Of a DNA stretch of 64,000 nt, positions 54,076 to 63,736 are shown in pieces. This DNA comes from a virus. A program made the translations under genes and the position numbers. The notes beneath the pieces are model-generated. The model saw only the letters and a program-made list of their open reading frames with translations. It was not told the DNA's origin and did not search any database. Numbering within the stretch: position 1 is the stretch's first letter; each line of letters starts with the position of its first letter. The stretch lies in the IMG/VR virus record IMGVR_UViG_3300020183_000011, one strand, 5' to 3'.

Positions 54076-54912
54076 ATGGCAACGTTAACACTCAGAAACA
54101 TTAAAGGAACACCATTAACCATCGCAGAGATGGATGATAACTTTTCTAACTTAAACACAGATGTCGGGACTAGATTACTATCATCAAACTATACAGCGGC
54201 TGACGTATTAACAAAGGTTAAGACTGTCGACGGTTCTGGATCTGGTTTAGATGCTGACTTACTAGACGGATTAAACTCTTCTACATCAAACACCATATCA
54301 ACCATAGTCGCTCGTGATAGTTCTGGTAACTTTGCAGCAGGACAAATCACGGCTACTACTTTCGTAGGCTCTGTGTCAGTTCCAGTAAGTGGCACCATAA
54401 CATTAACTGGATCAACATCAGGTAATCTTACATTACAAGCTCCAGCTGCAGCAGGTACAAATACCATTACTTTCCCAGCTTCTACAGGTAACGTGGTCAC
54501 TACAGGTGATACAGGTACAGTCACAAACGCTATGCTTGCTGGTTCAATAGCAAACTCTAAGTTAGTTAATAGTTCTATCACGATCGACGGAGCTTCAGTG
54601 TCTCTTGGAGGTTCTGTAAACATCTCGACAGGTGACATCACATGGACAGGCGCACAAACATTTAGAGATAATAAGTTCACGATGACTGATAATTCTGATA
54701 CTACAAAAGCATTTACATTTGAAGCATCAGGTATCACTGCTGGTGCGACAAGGACTTTCACGATGCCTGACGTTAGTGGTACAATGGCTCTTCAAAGCTA
54801 CGTGACTTCATACGTACAAACAGTAGGTCAAAACTCTCAAGGAACAAAGACAGTTTCAACAGCTAGCCCAACTGGTGGTAGCGACGGAGATATCTGGTAC
54901 AAATACATATAA
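54076..54912 (+). CDS. Tail fibre-like protein (paralog B)
   Basis: N-terminus closely similar to 51721..52926; ends SPTGGSDGDIWYKYI. Confidence 0.75.
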   Translation: MATLTLRNIKGTPLTIAEMDDNFSNLNTDVGTRLLSSNYTAADVLTKVKTVDGSGSGLDADLLDGLNSSTSNTISTIVARDSSGNFAAGQITATTFVGSVSVPVSGTITLTGSTSGNLTLQAPAAAGTNTITFPASTGNVVTTGDTGTVTNAMLAGSIANSKLVNSSITIDGASVSLGGSVNISTGDITWTGAQTFRDNKFTMTDNSDTTKAFTFEASGITAGATRTFTMPDVSGTMALQSYVTSYVQTVGQNSQGTKTVSTASPTGGSDGDIWYKYI

Positions 54913-54928
54913 CCTCGTGAGTGTTAAT

Positions 54929-55579
54929 ATGCTTGTTATATCCCCAAGTGAGATCAAAGTTAAACATAATGGTGTAGTGTATGACCTGATAGGCACGCCT
55001 TCTCTAGAGTTTAGTTTCGTTTACTTGTACTATGAACCTGAATCTAATAATCTAAAGAAAGTAATCCCGCTAGTAGACCAGTTAATATATCAAGACTTAA
55101 CTCGCAGTGAAGTCTTATTGATCCAAGAGTTCTTATCAAAGTTAGACGACGAAGAATACCTAGAAGCTTTTTTAAAGCAATATCGTAAAGTACACGATGT
55201 GTTTAAACACGAAGAGCTAAAGCTTGTAGTACAGAAAACATTAGTGCATGCCATCAATGATAAAGGTCATTATATTGGCATGTACGAAGACTTACCTGAG
55301 GGCACCACAGAAGTATCAAGTCAACCGCCAAAAGATATGTACTTAGAATCTTTTGGGATTAACTACATGTGGGATCAAATAAATAGGCAATGGCAGGTAA
55401 GAGGTGGTTATAAAGAACGAAGGAAGCTTGAGTATTTAAAACAGATTGACATAGGTGAACAGCTTGGTGCTTTGTTCGATGCGATAGAAGCATTAGCTAA
55501 TGATGACCAATTACCAGATGATTTTAAAAACATATCATCAAAGATTAAACTAATTAAGAGTAGTATCCCAAAGGAATAA
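54929..55579 (+). CDS. Hypothetical protein in the fibre cassette
   Basis: C-terminal YKERRKLEY...IGEQL.ALF...IK.IK..IPK is typical of fibre-associated proteins; start taken at MLVIS. Confidence 0.55.
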   Translation: MLVISPSEIKVKHNGVVYDLIGTPSLEFSFVYLYYEPESNNLKKVIPLVDQLIYQDLTRSEVLLIQEFLSKLDDEEYLEAFLKQYRKVHDVFKHEELKLVVQKTLVHAINDKGHYIGMYEDLPEGTTEVSSQPPKDMYLESFGINYMWDQINRQWQVRGGYKERRKLEYLKQIDIGEQLGALFDAIEALANDDQLPDDFKNISSKIKLIKSSIPKE

Positions 55580-55580
55580 T

Positions 55581-56309
55581 ATGACACTACATATCAAAGA
55601 TTCAGGAGTCTGGAGACTTATATCAAATGCCTTTGTAAAAGTATCAGGTGTTTGGAAGGACTCAGATCGAATATACGTTAAAGACGCTGGAGTATGGAGA
55701 GAAGTGCACGCTGCTTATCCAGGTGCTGGATCACAGACGTTTAATACTTCTGGAACTTTTACTGTGCCAGCTGGTGTTAACACTATCAGCGGGACAGTTT
55801 ATGGTGGAGGCGGAGGCGGTGGAGGGTCTGGTTCAAGAAACAGCTTCGATAACAATGCTGGCTATGCAGCGGGTGGAGGAGGTGGTGGATCAGGTACACA
55901 AAACTTTACAGCTTCAGTAACTGGTGGATCAACACACTACGTTCAAGTATCTCAAGGTGGTGGCGGCAGCAACATGGGTGTTGGAGGTGGTGGAGCTGGT
56001 ACGACTTATGTTGGCAGTCTATTAGTCATACCTGCGGCATCTTCTGGTCAACCACCAAGTGTTATCGGTATAGGCAAAGGGTCAAGTCATCCTGGCGGAG
56101 CAGGAGGAGCAGGTGTTATTGGCGGCAATGCAGGAAACCAAGGAGCTGCAAACGTAAATAGTGGTAACTTTGGAAACTCTGGTCCAGGAGGATCAGGCGG
56201 TAATGGTGGTGTAGGTAATGGTGGTGCAGGTGGACCAAACGTTGGGTTTAATGGTGCTGGTTCAGCTGGATCTGCAGGTAATGCAGGAAGAGTAGTGATT
56301 AACTGGTAA
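55581..56309 (+). CDS. Glycine-rich adhesin (gp38-like)
   Basis: N-terminal repeats HIKDSGVWR/FVKVSGVWK/YVKDAGVWR, SGTFTVPAGV, polyglycine blocks, G.VVINW end. Confidence 0.72.
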   Translation: MTLHIKDSGVWRLISNAFVKVSGVWKDSDRIYVKDAGVWREVHAAYPGAGSQTFNTSGTFTVPAGVNTISGTVYGGGGGGGGSGSRNSFDNNAGYAAGGGGGGSGTQNFTASVTGGSTHYVQVSQGGGGSNMGVGGGGAGTTYVGSLLVIPAASSGQPPSVIGIGKGSSHPGGAGGAGVIGGNAGNQGAANVNSGNFGNSGPGGSGGNGGVGNGGAGGPNVGFNGAGSAGSAGNAGRVVINW

Positions 56310-56890
56310 TGCGTATAGAATATTTGAAGAAACCTTTTTATCATACTATCATCTATGATTTTTTTAATCAAGATGAAATGGATACTATTAAAAAAGAAAT
56401 TGATGAATTAAAAAATATTAATGCTGATATAAAAGATGAGCATCATAAACAAATATTAGAAAATGGTAATATTGAAAGTTATTTGTTAGATGTTATCTAC
56501 AATGATAGAAGACGTGATAGTAATATACTTAGTTTAATTACTAAAATATATAATATGTATTGGGATGATAAATTTGATTTATCTAAAAACCCATTTTTAA
56601 ATTATATAGGTTTATCAAATTCTGATAATACAGTAGTACATGCATATAAGAATCATTCTAGTTATTTTGAGCATCATGATCAAAGTGTAGTATCATTCTT
56701 ATATCCATTTTTTGATAAACAATTTGATGGTGGAGAATTAGCATTTGGTGATTATATACCAAAGTTAGAATCAAATTGCTGTATAATATTTCCGTCATAT
56801 GAAAAGCATAAAGTATTACCGATAAAAACCAAAGAATCTGGTATAGTTCGTTGGTCTATAAATCAAAGGATCTTTATTAGGAATGGATGA
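56309..56890 (+). CDS. 2OG-Fe(II) oxygenase
   Basis: HHD (HxD), FDGGEL, IIFPS..KHKV, RWS. Confidence 0.85.
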   Translation: MRIEYLKKPFYHTIIYDFFNQDEMDTIKKEIDELKNINADIKDEHHKQILENGNIESYLLDVIYNDRRRDSNILSLITKIYNMYWDDKFDLSKNPFLNYIGLSNSDNTVVHAYKNHSSYFEHHDQSVVSFLYPFFDKQFDGGELAFGDYIPKLESNCCIIFPSYEKHKVLPIKTKESGIVRWSINQRIFIRNG

Positions 56891-57363
56891 TGAGAACTTG
56901 GGCTGAGATATCATATGGCATAGTTAGGTATATGTTCGAAGCACCAGAAGTCCCGTTAGGACAGCCTGGTGTATACTATCATGATGTGACCGATTATGAT
57001 CCTAAACCAGAAGTATTATACGAATACAATGCATCTACTAAACAGTTTACTAAACCTGAGTTTAGTGATCTAAACCATCCAAAGAATATAAGCATTGCAT
57101 GGAATGGTGTGAGGAACATACGAAACACTGCATTAAACCTTTCTGATTATACTCAGACTAAAGATTTTCCGGACAAGGTGATGCAAAAGAGATTTAAGAA
57201 GTACAGACAGGTGCTAAGAGATTTACCAGAGAAATACTCTAGTCCCTATGATGTGAAGTTTCCTCTGGATCCGTATAAAACTGAAATTAAATTAACTTTT
57301 TGGGAAAGACTTCAATATGTTTGGTCGTACATTAAAAACGGAAAAAATATACGTAGTAGATAA
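56887..57363 (+). CDS. Tail fibre assembly chaperone
   Basis: W..VR..RN..L..SDYTQ..D.P......YRQ.LRDLP......V.FP. Confidence 0.8.
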   Translation: MMRTWAEISYGIVRYMFEAPEVPLGQPGVYYHDVTDYDPKPEVLYEYNASTKQFTKPEFSDLNHPKNISIAWNGVRNIRNTALNLSDYTQTKDFPDKVMQKRFKKYRQVLRDLPEKYSSPYDVKFPLDPYKTEIKLTFWERLQYVWSYIKNGKNIRSR

Positions 57364-57862
57364 TGTCATTGATTATAGTAATCAAGAAGCTTTATTTGGA
57401 TTTTGTAAGAACAGTATCTTTAGCTTTGGTCATGCCGCAACTTCAGTTAGTCCATATGAACTATCAAGATTCGTATCAAACCTAACAAACGAAGAGCTTG
57501 CTAGGACTAACTTAGATAACCTATTTACCTCGTTGGTCAAGAAACATTATGGCAAAGGTCTTAAGATAGATCGATCATATATCAACGTTTATTTTCCATA
57601 TACACCAACTGCAGTACACACTGATGATTGTTCACATGATGCAGTATCATTCTTGATGTATGCTAATCCTTATTGGCAAATAGATTGGGCTGGAGAGACT
57701 CAGTTCTTTACAGATAACTTACAAGAAGTAAGACAATCGGTCATACCAAAGGGTGGTAGAGCTATAGTGTTTAACTCTAATATACCTCATTCGGCAAGAA
57801 CGCCTTCTGTCATATGTCCAGTGCCTCGATTTACTTTGACTATTAAAGGATACTTAATATGA
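57317..57862 (+). CDS. 2OG-Fe(II) oxygenase
   Basis: HTD, YANPYW..DWAGET.F, PKGGRAIVFNS.IPH, R. Confidence 0.85.
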   Translation: MFGRTLKTEKIYVVDNVIDYSNQEALFGFCKNSIFSFGHAATSVSPYELSRFVSNLTNEELARTNLDNLFTSLVKKHYGKGLKIDRSYINVYFPYTPTAVHTDDCSHDAVSFLMYANPYWQIDWAGETQFFTDNLQEVRQSVIPKGGRAIVFNSNIPHSARTPSVICPVPRFTLTIKGYLI

Positions 57863-58458
57863 CACCACAATTTTTAGATTTTATTGGGATGATACCTCAA
57901 GGTTTTCCTAAGAAGACTTGTAAGAAGATCATCGATGCATATCATGAACTAGATAAACTAAAGCACACCGTACCAGGTAGGATCGGCGGTGTTAGTAGAC
58001 CAGCTGAAGTCATGAAGGCCGCAAAGAACAGCAGAGACGTAGAGCTTGGTGTGTTTCATAGTTACAGAGACCTTTTGTTTGAAGTCAATGGTTACCTTCA
58101 AACGTGTTATAACCAATACATGGACAAGTACTGGCAGATAGGACAGTACTTAAGCAGACATGATGTGACTGCATGGCAGATACAAAAGTATGATGCTAAA
58201 GACAATGGTGGTTACCATCATTTTCATATAGAGAACAGTGGTGTAAGTAACATGCGAAGGGTCATGGCTTACATAGTTTATCTAAACGATATCGATGAGG
58301 GTGGAGAGACAGAGTTCCTACATCAAAATATCAGGGTTAAACCTGAAGCTGGTAAAGTAGTCATATTCCCTGCATACTTTACACACGTCCACAGAGGAAA
58401 CCCTGTCCTCAGCGGACAAGATAAATATATCTTAACAGGATGGTTGGAATACGTATGA
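57859..58458 (+). CDS. 2OG-Fe(II) oxygenase (prolyl-4-hydroxylase-like)
   Basis: YH.FHIE (HxE), YLND..EGGETEF, PEAGKVVIFPA.FTH.HRGNP, KYILTGW. Confidence 0.88.
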   Translation: MTPQFLDFIGMIPQGFPKKTCKKIIDAYHELDKLKHTVPGRIGGVSRPAEVMKAAKNSRDVELGVFHSYRDLLFEVNGYLQTCYNQYMDKYWQIGQYLSRHDVTAWQIQKYDAKDNGGYHHFHIENSGVSNMRRVMAYIVYLNDIDEGGETEFLHQNIRVKPEAGKVVIFPAYFTHVHRGNPVLSGQDKYILTGWLEYV

Positions 58459-59168
58459 TGAGTAAAGTGACGGTAGGTTGGGCACCATATTTAGAATCTG
58501 ATTATCAAAAAGGCCTAGCTTTCTTAGCTAGTAAACCTATAAGCGTATATGAAACGCATATGAAAGCAGGCAATCATAGGTATAAACTATGTCCTGCGAC
58601 TCGAGACCTTGCGCTTAATACGTTTATAGTTAGGTCACCTTTTGATGCACACTTTATAGTAGACGCTGATAAGAAGACTATACAGTTTATAGAACCATAC
58701 GTTCAGCCGTTTGAGTTTTATCATATGAGGAAGGGCGAGTACTCTGACACTGACCAGCCTATCATGTCGATAAACTATCATCAAGTGTTTGTCACTGAAG
58801 ATAAGAACGTGGAGATGACTGTGACTGCTCCATGGTTTGAAGAGACACAACAAGATTTTAGGGTCGTGCCAGGTAGATTTAAGATAAGTGACTGGTGGAG
58901 ACCATTAGACTTTGCTATACAATTAAAGGAACGAAGACAAGAAGTAAGGATTAAGAAGGACGATCCATTATTCTACTTGACTTTTATTACTGGAGACCCC
59001 TCTGATGTGGTTGTCATCAAAGATGTCGACTTAAATGATGATTTAAAGAGTATCTTGGCTTCGGCTACAGACGCTAAACACTATCAACCAAGGTGTCCTA
59101 TGAAGACGCTTTATGGGATATTTAATCGCTACAAACGTAAGCCTTCATTACGATTTTTAGATAAATAG
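58455..59168 (+). CDS. Conserved hypothetical protein of phage 2OG clusters
   Basis: CPA.RD....F..RSP.D, VPGRF.I..W.RP, IKK.DPL. Confidence 0.6.
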   Translation: MMSKVTVGWAPYLESDYQKGLAFLASKPISVYETHMKAGNHRYKLCPATRDLALNTFIVRSPFDAHFIVDADKKTIQFIEPYVQPFEFYHMRKGEYSDTDQPIMSINYHQVFVTEDKNVEMTVTAPWFEETQQDFRVVPGRFKISDWWRPLDFAIQLKERRQEVRIKKDDPLFYLTFITGDPSDVVVIKDVDLNDDLKSILASATDAKHYQPRCPMKTLYGIFNRYKRKPSLRFLDK

Positions 59169-59204
59169 TATATATAACCACGTCATAACTACAATAAATA
59201 ATAC

Positions 59205-59357
59205 ATGGCAGCTATAACCAATTTTTACATAGATACTGGATCCACTTTTGGAGCAGTCATCACCGTCAAAGGCTCGGATGGCTGCCCTGGATATACAATA
59301 ACATCATACATTACAAAGTCTTATGCGTCAAGGACAAGTATTAATTATTATAAATAA
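59205..59357 (+). pseudogene. Truncated duplicate of the 59361..59696 gene
   Basis: MAAITNFYIDTGSTFGAVITVKGSDGCPGYTITSYITKSYAS... versus MAAIANLYIDAGSTFSAIISCKGSDGLPLDLTGYTVAAQIRKSYAS; stops after 50 aa. Confidence 0.75.
59349..59356 (+). promoter_or_regulatory. T4-type late promoter
   Basis: TATAAATA with ATG 59361 five nt downstream. Confidence 0.7.
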
Positions 59358-59360
59358 TAA

Positions 59361-59696
59361 ATGGCCGCGATAGCAAATTTATATATAGACGCTGGATCAA
59401 CATTTAGCGCGATTATTTCATGTAAAGGTTCAGATGGATTGCCATTAGACCTTACAGGATATACAGTTGCCGCGCAGATTAGAAAATCTTATGCGTCGGC
59501 AACAGCTTATAGTTTGAATCCGACCATATATTCAGCTACAGCAGGCAAAATAAGAATAGCACTTTCACATACCCAATCATCAGCTATAAAAGCTGGAAGA
59601 TATATGTATGACATTGAGATCACTTCTGGCTCAGGAGAGAGAAAAAGGGTGTCTGAGGGGATAGTAATAGTAACACCAGAGATTACGAAGGTTTAA
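59361..59696 (+). CDS. Small virion adaptor-like protein (BppU/Ig-like)
   Basis: IDAGSTF, PLDLTGY...QIRKSY, GRY.YDIEI, RV.EG.V.V.P.IT. Confidence 0.65.
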   Translation: MAAIANLYIDAGSTFSAIISCKGSDGLPLDLTGYTVAAQIRKSYASATAYSLNPTIYSATAGKIRIALSHTQSSAIKAGRYMYDIEITSGSGERKRVSEGIVIVTPEITKV

Positions 59697-59697
59697 T

Positions 59698-59922
59698 ATG
59701 GCAGATGATATTTACGTAACCGTCGAAACTGAGCAATTAGCAGAAGTCACTGCAGTTGGCATTCAAGGCCTTTCTGCGACTTCAAACAATTTAGGCGACA
59801 TTAATGATGTCGATTTATCTACATTAGTCAACGGTTCTTTATTAATTTATGACACTACAAGTTTAAAGTGGAGATCATCAATATTTTTAGAACAGCAAGA
59901 TATAACCGGGGGACAGTATTAA
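59698..59922 (+). CDS. Small fibre-associated protein
   Basis: L.DI.DVD...L.NGS.L.YD....KW, ends ITGGQY. Confidence 0.6.
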   Translation: MADDIYVTVETEQLAEVTAVGIQGLSATSNNLGDINDVDLSTLVNGSLLIYDTTSLKWRSSIFLEQQDITGGQY

Positions 59923-62304
59923 ATGGCATCAATAATTAGGATTAAACGTTCTGGAACATCAGGCAACCCATCAGTATTGGGTGCAGGTGAACTAGCCTAT
60001 TCTGCACAGGCAGGAAATCAAGCTAACGGTGGCGATCGGTTATATGTAGGTTTCGGTACAGAAACTGCAGGCGATGCTGCTAACCATTATGTAATTGGTG
60101 GTAAGTATTTCACAGACATGATGGATCATGTGCATGGCACACTAACTGCATCTTCAGCACTTATTGTCGACGCTGACAGCAAATTAGATAACCTCAAAGT
60201 AGACAACTTAGATTTAAATGGCAACACAATCTCTTCCACAGATACTAATGGTAATATTGTACTAGATCCGGATGGCACTGGTTATGTTTCTATCACTGGA
60301 ACAAATGGTGTAGTAATTCCAGTTGGTACTACTGCTCAGCGTGGACCAACAGTACAAGGTACTATTCGCTATAATACTGATAACTCTGCATTTGAAGGAT
60401 ACTCTGGCACAACTTGGGGATCTCTTGGTGGTGTCAAATCTGTTGATGGTTTAACATACATTTCTGCAGAATTAAATCCCGGCGACTCTGACGATACAAT
60501 TCGTGCATATACAAACGGAACACTAGCATTTCAGTTTGATACTGACTCTGCTCAATTCGAATCAAAACTAGCGACTGTTACAATTGCAGCAAATACTGCA
60601 TCTTCAAGCACAACTACTGGTGCATTGGTTGTTACAGGTGGTGTTGGTATTGGTGGTGCGTTAAATGTTACAGGTAATATCAGTGCAGCAAATATTACTG
60701 GCTCTGGTACAATTTCTCTTGGTAATATTTCTATCTCTGGAAATACTATTGCTTCTTCAAATAGCAATGGTGACATTAATATCACTCCAAATGGTACTGG
60801 TAAAGTTGTTCTAACAAATCCATATGTTGGTGCAGATACCCTTGCTGAGTATATCTACGATACAGTTGGTGGTGCAATCACTGCTGGAACTGGTATCACT
60901 GTTACAAATAATGATGGTAGCAATACATCAACAGTTGCCATAGACAATACTGTTGTTACTTTAACTGGCACACAAACTCTTACAAATAAAACAATCAGTT
61001 TTACAAGCAATACAATTACTGCTACATCTGCTGAATTAGCTACAGCAATTTCAGATGAAACTGGTTCTGGTTCTCTAGTTTTCGCTAATAGCCCATCACT
61101 AACTACACCAACTATTGGTGCAGCAACTGCTACTAGTATTACAGGTGCTTCTGGTAATCTATCAATTACTGCTGCTTCTGGTGATAATAACATCAATCTA
61201 GTTCCAACAGGTACTGGTACTGTTGATGTCGCAAATAAGAGAATCACTTCTGTTGCCGAACCAACTCAAGCGACTGATGCTGCAACTAAAAACTATGTTG
61301 ACGCTGTTAAGACTGGTCTAGATCCAAAAGACTCTGTTCGTGTAGCTACTACAGCTAATTTAACTGCGACATATTCTAATGGGACTTCTGGTGTAGGTGC
61401 AACTCTCACTAACTCTGGAACACAAGCTGCATTAACAATTGATAGTATTGTTCTATCTGTTAATGATCGTATTCTTGTTAAAAATCAATCCACTGCTTCT
61501 ATAAATGGTATCTATACTGTTACTGATATTGGTTCTGTTTCTACAAACTGGGTTCTTACTCGTGCAACTGATTCTGATACTGGAACAGAACTTACTGCTG
61601 GTGCATTTACTTTTGTTGAAGAAGGCACTCTTAACGGAGACAATGGTTATGTTGTAACAACCAATGGTGCTATTACTATTGGAACTACTGACATCGATTG
61701 GGTACAGTTCTCTGGTGCTGGTCAGGTAATTGCAGGTAATGGTTTAACTAAGACTGGTAATCAGATCGATGTAGTTGGAACTGCTGATAGAATTACCGCA
61801 AATGCTGATAGTATAGATATCGCAGCAACATATGTTGGTCAATCTTCTATCACAACTCTTGGTACTATTACTACTGGTGTTTGGCAGGGAACTATTGTTG
61901 ATCCTACATATGGTGGTACTGGTGTTAACAATGGCAATAAGACCATTACTCTTGGTGGTAATTTTACTCATACTGGTGCACATACATTAGGATTAACAAC
62001 TACTGCAAATACTAGTGTCACACTACCAATATCTGGTACTCTAGCAACTTTAGCTGGAACAGAAACATTTACAAATAAAACATTAACATCACCAACAATC
62101 AACAGTGGTGCTCTTTCTGGAACATTCTCTGGTGGTGCAACTCTTTCTGGTGCAATTGTTTTCTCCAATAGCACTGCTTCTTCTAGTTCTATAACTGGTG
62201 CTGTAGTTGTAACAGGTGGTGTTGGTATTGGCGGAAATCTTTACGGTGCAGGTGCAGGAACTTCTACACTTGACGGATTTAACATTGATGGTGGTACTTA
62301 CTAA
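59923..62304 (+). CDS. Long tail fibre-like protein
   Basis: IRIKRS, GELAYS, G.IRYN....FEGY, TGALVV.GGVGIGG twice, DAATKNYVD, LTRATD, IDGGTY end. Confidence 0.8.
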   Translation: MASIIRIKRSGTSGNPSVLGAGELAYSAQAGNQANGGDRLYVGFGTETAGDAANHYVIGGKYFTDMMDHVHGTLTASSALIVDADSKLDNLKVDNLDLNGNTISSTDTNGNIVLDPDGTGYVSITGTNGVVIPVGTTAQRGPTVQGTIRYNTDNSAFEGYSGTTWGSLGGVKSVDGLTYISAELNPGDSDDTIRAYTNGTLAFQFDTDSAQFESKLATVTIAANTASSSTTTGALVVTGGVGIGGALNVTGNISAANITGSGTISLGNISISGNTIASSNSNGDINITPNGTGKVVLTNPYVGADTLAEYIYDTVGGAITAGTGITVTNNDGSNTSTVAIDNTVVTLTGTQTLTNKTISFTSNTITATSAELATAISDETGSGSLVFANSPSLTTPTIGAATATSITGASGNLSITAASGDNNINLVPTGTGTVDVANKRITSVAEPTQATDAATKNYVDAVKTGLDPKDSVRVATTANLTATYSNGTSGVGATLTNSGTQAALTIDSIVLSVNDRILVKNQSTASINGIYTVTDIGSVSTNWVLTRATDSDTGTELTAGAFTFVEEGTLNGDNGYVVTTNGAITIGTTDIDWVQFSGAGQVIAGNGLTKTGNQIDVVGTADRITANADSIDIAATYVGQSSITTLGTITTGVWQGTIVDPTYGGTGVNNGNKTITLGGNFTHTGAHTLGLTTTANTSVTLPISGTLATLAGTETFTNKTLTSPTINSGALSGTFSGGATLSGAIVFSNSTASSSSITGAVVVTGGVGIGGNLYGAGAGTSTLDGFNIDGGTY

Positions 62305-62358
62305 ATAATTTTGGTATGGGTAGTCTATACTACCTAATTCCTTTTTTAAGGGTTTGTA

Positions 62359-63645
62359 ATGGCAAATAAAGTCTTACTCAAAAAATCTTCGGTAACGGGC
62401 AAGATACCGTTAACGACTGACCTCGAATACGGGGAAGTCGCGCTTAACTACACAGACGGTAAGCTATTTTTCAAGGATTCATCTAATAGTATCAAAGCCT
62501 TTTTACAGGCTCCCACCCTTGATGATGTAACTGATAACGGTTCATCCACAACAAATTCAATCACTGTCGGCCAACTATCTATTGGCTCGGCATTTACTCT
62601 TCCAACCACAGATGGTAATTCTGGTCAAGTACTTGTTACTAATGGGGCCGGAGTTGTAACCTGGTCATCAGCGATTGGACCTCAAGGAGCAACTGGACCA
62701 ACTGGAGCTACAGGTTTAACTGGTGCAACAGGTGCTGCTGGTTCAAATGGTGCTACTGGCCCTCAAGGCGTACAAGGTGCAACAGGCGCTGGTGCTGCTG
62801 GTGCTACTGGCCCTCAAGGCGTACAAGGTGCATCAGGTGTAGGCGGTGGTGGCGGAGGCGGAGATGGTGCAACAGGTGCAACAGGTCCTGTAGGTGCAAC
62901 AGGTGCTGCTGGTTCAAATGGTGCAACAGGTGCTGCTGGTGCTACTGGCCCTCAAGGCGTACAAGGTGCATCAGGTGTAGGCGGTGGTGGCGGAGGTGCT
63001 GATGGAGCAACTGGACCAACAGGTGCAACAGGACCAGCTGGTGCAACTGGTCCTATAGATCCAGACGGTTGGCAAAAAAATTCAACAGATCTTATAACAA
63101 CTACTGCGAATCAGGTTGTTGATACATTTACAGCTGAAACATATACTACAGCAAAATATATATGTCAGATGACAACAGACACTGGTGATATATCTGCCAC
63201 TGAGATCTTATTGATACATGATGGAGTTGATGTATGGACAACTCAATATGCTACTTTAAATTCTAGCGGATCAGCTCTAGGAACTTTTGATGCGGACATA
63301 TCTGGAACAGACGTCAGATTATTATTCTCTCCAGTTAGTGCTAACACAACTGTAAAAGTTAAACGTGTCATGTTAGAAGCTGACACTGTAACAGAATTTG
63401 ATTACCAAGGAGATCTACAAGCATTGACTGGATCAGTAGATCTAAACACTGAAACTGGATCAGTAGATCTAAATCTTGATGCTGGATCAATCGACCTAAA
63501 TACAGCAAGTGGTTCAGAGGATCTAAATACAGCCACAGGTACAGAAGATTTGAATGATATTTCAGGATTACCGGGAGATTTATTTTCATTAACTGGATCA
63601 GAAGATTTGAATTCTGGAAACGGTTCAATGGATCTATTAATTTAA
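62359..63645 (+). CDS. Collagen-like fibre protein with C-terminal nonapeptide repeats
   Basis: LKKS..GK.P...L.YGE.ALNY.DG; long Gly-X-Y tract; GSxDLN repeats at the C-terminus. Confidence 0.8.
   Translation: MANKVLLKKSSVTGKIPLTTDLEYGEVALNYTDGKLFFKDSSNSIKAFLQAPTLDDVTDNGSSTTNSITVGQLSIGSAFTLPTTDGNSGQVLVTNGAGVVTWSSAIGPQGATGPTGATGLTGATGAAGSNGATGPQGVQGATGAGAAGATGPQGVQGASGVGGGGGGGDGATGATGPVGATGAAGSNGATGAAGATGPQGVQGASGVGGGGGGADGATGPTGATGPAGATGPIDPDGWQKNSTDLITTTANQVVDTFTAETYTTAKYICQMTTDTGDISATEILLIHDGVDVWTTQYATLNSSGSALGTFDADISGTDVRLLFSPVSANTTVKVKRVMLEADTVTEFDYQGDLQALTGSVDLNTETGSVDLNLDAGSIDLNTASGSEDLNTATGTEDLNDISGLPGDLFSLTGSEDLNSGNGSMDLLI
62680..63055 (+). repeat. Collagen-coding direct repeats
   Basis: GGTGCTACTGGCCCTCAAGGCGTACAAGGTGCA occurs three times; two copies extend into TCAGGTGTAGGCGGTGGTGGCGGAGG. 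Confidence 0.8.
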
Positions 63646-63659
63646 AAATTAGCTTATAG

Positions 63660-63691
63660 TATAAATATTGAGTAACAATATTGTATAAATA
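63660..63691 (+). promoter_or_regulatory. Tandem T4-type late promoters
   Basis: TATAAATA at 63660-63667 and 63684-63691. Confidence 0.6.
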
Positions 63692-63736
63692 ATAAGAGAA
63701 CAGCACTAGTGCTTCTATAACAAAGGACAAAGTAAA

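Noticed and set aside
51834-54761. Long antisense ORFs (51834..52529, 54189..54761) and other shadow ORFs in the track
   Set aside because: They mirror Thr/Gly/Ser-rich sense genes whose codon bias avoids antisense stops; they have no RBS or recognisable motifs.
62319-62348. Hairpin GGTAGT-CTAT-ACTACC as a terminator
   Set aside because: The stem is only 6 bp and the U-tract is offset; too weak to call.
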